DNA of 48,989 nucleotides from a virus (Duplodnaviria; Heunggongvirae; Uroviricota; Caudoviricetes): IMG/VR virus record IMGVR_UViG_2541047945_000011; one strand, 5' to 3'. Shown piece by piece: positions 44,195 to 48,989 of this stretch (position 1 is its first letter; each line of letters starts with the position of its first letter). The notes under the pieces were generated by a model. It saw only the letters and a program-made list of their open reading frames with translations, ran no database searches and was not told where the DNA came from. The position numbers and the translations under genes were made by a program.

Positions 44195-46669
44195 ATGAGT
44201 AAAATCTTTATTTGCGCTGCTATTCCTGACGAACAGGCCATAAAAGAAGATAGCGCTGTTGCGGTGGCCACTGCCATTGAAGCCGGTGATGAACGTCGCG
44301 CCCGCGCAAAATTTCACTGGCAATTCCTGGAACATTATCCGGCTGCTCAGGACTGCGCTTATAAATTTCTTGTTTGCGAGGATAAACCCGGCATACCCCG
44401 CCCTGCCCTCGATTCCTGGGATGCTGAATATATGCAGGAAAACCGCTGGGATGAGGAATCCGCTTCCTTTATTCCGGTCGAACCAGAATCCGATCCGATG
44501 AACGTCAATTTTGACAAGCTGTCCCTTGAAGTACAGAACGCGGTCCTGGTTAAGTTCGGTACATGTGAAAACATCACCGTTGATATGGCGATTGACGCGC
44601 AGGAATTACTGCAGGAAGACGTTGCTACCTTTGACGGGCATATCGTTGAAGCACTGATGAAAACGCCTGAAATTAACGCTATGTATCCGGAACGCAAACT
44701 GTTCGCTATCGGATGGGTTAAACACAAATGTAATCCGGGTGCCAAATGGCCAGAAATTCAGGCTGAATTACGTAACTGGAAAAAACGGCAGGACGCAGAG
44801 CGCAAAGAGACTGGAAAATACACGTCTGTTGTTGATCTCGCCCGCGCCAGAGTCAATCAACAGCACACTGAAAACTCAGCAGGAAAAATCAACCCAGTCA
44901 CTGCCGCCATTTGTCGCGAATACAAGCAGACATGGAAAACGCTGGATGAAGAACTGGCCTACGCTCTCTGGCCTGGCGATATTGATACCGGAAACATTGA
45001 CGGCAGCATCCATCGCCGGGCAAAAAATGAAGTTATCGACAAAGATCGCGAAGACTGGAAGCGCATTTCCGCATCAATGCGCAAACAACCCGATGCCGTT
45101 CGCTACGACCGTCAGACTATTTTTGGCCTTGTCCGTGAGCGTCCGATCGACATTCACAAAGATCCCGTAGCACTGAACAAATACATCACTGAATACCTGA
45201 CTACCAAGGGCGTGTTTGAAGATGACGAAGGAACAAATCAGGGCACAGCTGGTACTCTCCCGTCACCAGTACCAGAAACTGATGCAGTGGAAACGGCAAT
45301 GCCGGACAACGAAAAAACCGAATGCGAAGTGGAAGACGAACCATCTGTAGAGCGTGAGGGACCGTTCTACTTCCTTTTCACCGATAAGGACGGCGAAAAA
45401 TACGGTCGCGCAAACAAACTTTCTGGTCTGGAAAAAGCACTGGCCCTGGGAGCTACGGAAATCACAAAAGAGGAATACTTCGCACGTAAAAACGGCACGT
45501 ACTCAGGTTCACAACAAAATACTGGTGCATCTGACACGATCGCACAACCAGAGCCGGTAAAAGTTACCGCTGACGAAGTAAACAAAATTATGCAGGCAGC
45601 CAATATCAGCCAGCCTGACGCCAATAAGTTGCTTGCTGTATCACGTGGTGAATTTGTTGCAGGGATTAGCGACCCGAATGATCCGAAATGGGTGAAGGGG
45701 ATTGAAACCCGCGATTCAGTGAATCAGAACCAGCAAGAAACGGAACAGAACGGCCAGAAAGCGGAACAAAACAGCCCAAATGCGTTACAAAACGAGCCAG
45801 AAACGAAACATCCTGAACCAGTGGCGCAACAGGAAGTGGAAAAAGTCTGCACCGCCTGCGGTCAGACCGGCGGCGGCAACTACCCTGATTGTGGCGCGGT
45901 GATGGGCGACGCAACATACCAGGAAACATTCGATGAAGAGTATCAGGTTGAAGTTCAGGAAGATGATCCGGAGGAAATGGAAGGCGCTGAACATCCACAC
46001 AAGGAGAACACTGGCGGCAATCAGCATCACGATAGCGATAATGAAACTGGCGAGACGGCAGATCACTCAATTAAGGTGAACGGTCATCAAGAAATCACAT
46101 CCACCAGCAGGACGTGTGACCATCTAATGATCGACCTTGAAACCATGGGAAAAAATCCTGATGCCCCGATCATCTCAATAGGTGCAATATTTTTCGATCC
46201 GCAAACCGGAGATATGGGACCGGAATTTAGTAAGACTATCGATCTGGAAACTGCTGGCGGGGTCATTGATCGGGACACCATTAAATGGTGGCTTAAGCAA
46301 TCACGCGAAGCGCAATCTGCCATTATGACCGATGAAATCCCGTTAGATGATGCACTGTTACAATTGCGGGAATTTATCGACGAAAACTCCGGTGAATTTT
46401 TTGTTCAGGTCTGGGGAAATGGAGCCAACTTCGACAACACGATTTTGCGCCGTTCATACGAACGGCAGGGGATCCCCTGCCCGTGGCGTTACTACAACGA
46501 TCGCGATGTACGCACAATCGTTGAGCTGGGGAAAGCCATAGACTTCGATGCCAGAACGGCTATTCCATTCGAAGGTGAGCGCCATAATGCACTTGATGAC
46601 GCTCGTTACCAGGCAAAATACGTTTCAGCTATCTGGCAAAAACTGATCCCGAGTCAGGCTGATTTTTAA
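44195..46669 (+). CDS. Large early-operon protein with C-terminal DEDDh (DnaQ-like) 3'-5' exonuclease domain
   Basis: 824 aa; C-terminal motifs LMIDLETMG (Exo I), VWGNGANFDNTIL (Exo II), ERHNALDDARYQA (Exo III); acidic, Gln-rich central linker. Confidence 0.7.
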   Translation: MSKIFICAAIPDEQAIKEDSAVAVATAIEAGDERRARAKFHWQFLEHYPAAQDCAYKFLVCEDKPGIPRPALDSWDAEYMQENRWDEESASFIPVEPESDPMNVNFDKLSLEVQNAVLVKFGTCENITVDMAIDAQELLQEDVATFDGHIVEALMKTPEINAMYPERKLFAIGWVKHKCNPGAKWPEIQAELRNWKKRQDAERKETGKYTSVVDLARARVNQQHTENSAGKINPVTAAICREYKQTWKTLDEELAYALWPGDIDTGNIDGSIHRRAKNEVIDKDREDWKRISASMRKQPDAVRYDRQTIFGLVRERPIDIHKDPVALNKYITEYLTTKGVFEDDEGTNQGTAGTLPSPVPETDAVETAMPDNEKTECEVEDEPSVEREGPFYFLFTDKDGEKYGRANKLSGLEKALALGATEITKEEYFARKNGTYSGSQQNTGASDTIAQPEPVKVTADEVNKIMQAANISQPDANKLLAVSRGEFVAGISDPNDPKWVKGIETRDSVNQNQQETEQNGQKAEQNSPNALQNEPETKHPEPVAQQEVEKVCTACGQTGGGNYPDCGAVMGDATYQETFDEEYQVEVQEDDPEEMEGAEHPHKENTGGNQHHDSDNETGETADHSIKVNGHQEITSTSRTCDHLMIDLETMGKNPDAPIISIGAIFFDPQTGDMGPEFSKTIDLETAGGVIDRDTIKWWLKQSREAQSAIMTDEIPLDDALLQLREFIDENSGEFFVQVWGNGANFDNTILRRSYERQGIPCPWRYYNDRDVRTIVELGKAIDFDARTAIPFEGERHNALDDARYQAKYVSAIWQKLIPSQADF

Positions 46670-46727
46670 TGTTCAACCCTAATTGCCGCTAACCGTATAT
46701 AGTTAGCGGCGGTTATGAGATATAGCT

Positions 46728-46931
46728 ATGAGCAGCTTATTTTTAACCGAAGATGAATTGCTAATATTAACGGGCTGCAAATATGCAAGCCACCAGCGAA
46801 AATGGTTAATGGAAAACGGGCTTCCGTTCTATACCAATCGTAGTGGCAAACCGATTGTCAGCCGGGATCTATTTACCTGCAATAAAACTTTACCACCACG
46901 CGAGGTAGAGCCGAATTTTGGTGCGATCTGA
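46728..46931 (+). CDS. xis: Excisionase-like protein (DUF4224-type)
   Basis: 67 aa immediately upstream of and overlapping int (TGATG); ...LTEDELLILTGCKYASHQRKWLMENGLPFYTNRSGKPIV. Confidence 0.55.
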   Translation: MSSLFLTEDELLILTGCKYASHQRKWLMENGLPFYTNRSGKPIVSRDLFTCNKTLPPREVEPNFGAI

Positions 46932-47956
46932 TGGGAAGACGAAGGAAAAATCCTGAACACGAAAAATTACCTCCAAATGTATACCCAAATAAATATAGTT
47001 ATGTATGGAAACCAACATCCAGAGAATCTGTCACACTAACCGCCATCAAGGATGGTTTAGCTGCTTTATGGAAAAAGTATGAGGAAACTGTAAATAATCG
47101 CGATCGTGCAATGACATTCGGTCGCTTGTGGGAAAAATTCCTCGCCAGCGCCTGTTACAGTGACCTTAGTCCAAGAACACAAAAAGATTATCTGCAACAT
47201 CAAAAAAAGTTGCTTGCCGTATTCGGTAAGGTACCAGCGGATTCCATAAAACCAGAACACATCCGTCGATACATGGACAAAAGAGGGGAGCAGAGTAAAA
47301 CGCAAGCCAACCATGAAAAAAGCAGTATGTCCCGTGTTTACAGTTGGGGGTATGAGCGAGGGTACGTCAAGGCTAACCCATGTGCAGGTGTAAGTAAATT
47401 CAAGGCCAAAAACCGCGAACGATATGTAACCGACAAAGAATACCAGGCAGTATTAAGCGTTGCACCTCTTCCTGTTTTTATCGCAATGGAAATTGCCTAT
47501 CTGTGTGCAGCGAGGGTTTCCGATGTGTTATCGCTGAAATGGGAACAGATTGGAAACGACGGGATATTCATCCAGCAAGGGAAAACCGGAAAAAAACAGA
47601 TAAAAGCATGGAGTCCACGATTACAGGCAGCGATCGAAAAAGCAAAACAGTTACCAAAATCTGCCTATGTGATCAGCAATCAATACGGCAACCGATATAT
47701 GTACAAAGGCTTTAACGAAATGTGGGTAGAAGCAAGAAATCGTGCTGGAAAAATTTCAGGTATTTTAACCGACTTCACCTTTCATGATCTGAAGGCGAAA
47801 GGAATTTCAGACTATGAAGGAAGCAGCCGGGATAAGCAACTTTTCTCTGGTCACAAAACCGAAGGGCAAGTGCTAATCTATGACAGGAAGGTTAAAGTTT
47901 CACCAACACTTGATGTCCCGTTACCTGAAAATATTCCAAGAAAATATTCCAAGTAA
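46931..47956 (+). CDS. int: Tyrosine integrase (phage integrase family)
   Basis: 341 aa; catalytic-region motifs AARVSDV (Arg), FHDLKAKG, SGHKTEGQ and LIYDRK (Tyr); adjacent to the tRNA 3' end. Confidence 0.9.
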   Translation: MGRRRKNPEHEKLPPNVYPNKYSYVWKPTSRESVTLTAIKDGLAALWKKYEETVNNRDRAMTFGRLWEKFLASACYSDLSPRTQKDYLQHQKKLLAVFGKVPADSIKPEHIRRYMDKRGEQSKTQANHEKSSMSRVYSWGYERGYVKANPCAGVSKFKAKNRERYVTDKEYQAVLSVAPLPVFIAMEIAYLCAARVSDVLSLKWEQIGNDGIFIQQGKTGKKQIKAWSPRLQAAIEKAKQLPKSAYVISNQYGNRYMYKGFNEMWVEARNRAGKISGILTDFTFHDLKAKGISDYEGSSRDKQLFSGHKTEGQVLIYDRKVKVSPTLDVPLPENIPRKYSK

Positions 47957-48008
47957 TTCCAAGTGTGATTTTTGTCACTGACTTAATGATGTGTAAGTGA
48001 TTGAATTT

Positions 48009-48098
48009 TGGCGGAGAGAGGGGGATTTGAACCCCCGGTGGAGTTGCCCCCACTCCGGTTTTCGAGACCGGTCCGTTCAGCCGCTCCGGCATCTCTCC
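48009..48098 (-). tRNA. serU: tRNA-Ser (anticodon CGA), serU-like; prophage attachment site at its 3' end
   Basis: 90-nt cloverleaf GGAGAGATGCCGGAGCGGCTGAACGGACCGGTCTCGAAAACC...GGTTCAAATCCCCCTCTCTCCGCCA with long variable arm; 3' end faces int. Confidence 0.9.
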
Positions 48099-48191
48099 GT
48101 TCAGATGGTTGCCATGATGCCAGGAAATTTGGCATTTTAACAGTCCCTGTCCGTGCAATTTTGTTCAAGTGACGAGTTTGCGAGCAAAACG

Positions 48192-48989
48192 ATGATTAAG
48201 TGGCCCTGGAAAGTACAAGAATCAGCACATCAAACTGCCCTTCCCTGGCAGGAAGCACTATCGATCCCCCTTTTAACGTGTCTGACAGAACAGGAACAAA
48301 GCAAATTGGTCGCTCTTGCCGAACGTTTTTTACAGCAAAAACGGCTTGTTCCTTTACAGGGCTTTGAGCTGAATTCATTAAGAAGCTGCCGGATAGCACT
48401 TCTATTTTGCCTGCCCGTTCTGGAGTTAGGACTGGAATGGCTGGATGGTTTTCATGAAGTCTTAATTTATCCTGCGCCATTTGTGGTCGATGATGAATGG
48501 GAAGACGATATCGGTCTGGTGCATAACCAACGTATTGTTCAGTCAGGTCAGAGCTGGCAGCAAGGGCCTATCGTTTTGAACTGGTTGGATATACAAGATT
48601 CTTTTGATGCTTCTGGTTTTAACCTGATTATTCATGAAGTCGCTCATAAGCTGGACACCCGTAACGGCGATCGCGCCAGCGGAGTTCCCTTTATTTCGTT
48701 GCGTGAGGTTGCTGGCTGGGAACACGATCTTCATGCTGCAATGAACAACATTCAGGAAGAAATCGAATTAGTTGGTGAGAATGCGGCGAGCATTGATGCT
48801 TATGCTGCCAGTGATCCTGCTGAATGTTTTGCCGTACTTTCTGAATATTTCTTTAGCGCCCCAGAACTTTTTGCTCCTCGTTTCCCTTCATTGTGGCAAC
48901 GTTTCTGTCAATTTTATCAACAAGATCCTTTGCAGAGACTGCATCACGCTAATGATACAGACTCGTTTTCGGCGACGAATGTTCATTAA
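48192..48989 (+). CDS. mtfA: Host protein MtfA (Mlc titration factor A, zinc peptidase-like)
   Basis: [23 protein letters not shown]...[10 protein letters not shown]... matches E. coli MtfA; start taken at the internal ATG at 48192. Confidence 0.85.
   Translation: MIKWPWKVQESAHQTALPWQEALSIPLLTCLTEQEQSKLVALAERFLQQKRLVPLQGFELNSLRSCRIALLFCLPVLELGLEWLDGFHEVLIYPAPFVVDDEWEDDIGLVHNQRIVQSGQSWQQGPIVLNWLDIQDSFDASGFNLIIHEVAHKLDTRNGDRASGVPFISLREVAGWEHDLHAAMNNIQEEIELVGENAASIDAYAASDPAECFAVLSEYFFSAPELFAPRFPSLWQRFCQFYQQDPLQRLHHANDTDSFSATNVH

Noticed and set aside
1-48989. CRISPR arrays or cas genes
   Set aside because: No regularly spaced direct repeats of 25-40 bp were seen; the repeats found are origin iterons (39698-39900) and intragenic tandem repeats in stf and C.

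Overview
This window is almost entirely one lambdoid prophage, ending at its integrase next to a host tRNA-Ser(CGA) (serU-like) and the host gene mtfA at the right edge. All calls are from reading the translated ORFs and the DNA by eye and from memory of lambda/Qin/933W families; no database search or folding was run. Coordinates 1-22884 (minus strand) hold a complete lambda-type morphogenesis module, from side tail fibre and lom through J, I, K, L, M, H, G/G-T, V, U, Z, FII, FI, E, D, C, B, W, A and Nu1, with a lambda-identical cos at 23068-23079. Coordinates 23080-32480 hold the late region in a Shiga-toxin-phage-like layout (Q, tR' terminator, tRNAs, nanS-p esterase, phage-21-type pinholin, SAR endolysin, Rz/Rz1), but no stx genes were recognised and the cassette carries several unexplained inserts. 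Coordinates 32477-40921 hold a nin-like region (rusA, DUF968, hok/sok, small unknown genes), lambda O/P-like replication genes with origin iterons, and a cro-like gene. Coordinates 40999-47956 (plus strand) hold a Qin-type immunity and early region: dicA-like repressor, ydfA-like gene, DicF sRNA, rha, dicB, ydfD-like, a large exonuclease-domain protein, an excisionase-like gene and int. The most interesting unexplained loci are the 296-aa gene and two tiny membrane-protein genes wedged into the lysis cassette, the AT-rich island at the position where stx normally sits, and a convergent small gene with a GC-rich structured region directly upstream of dicF.
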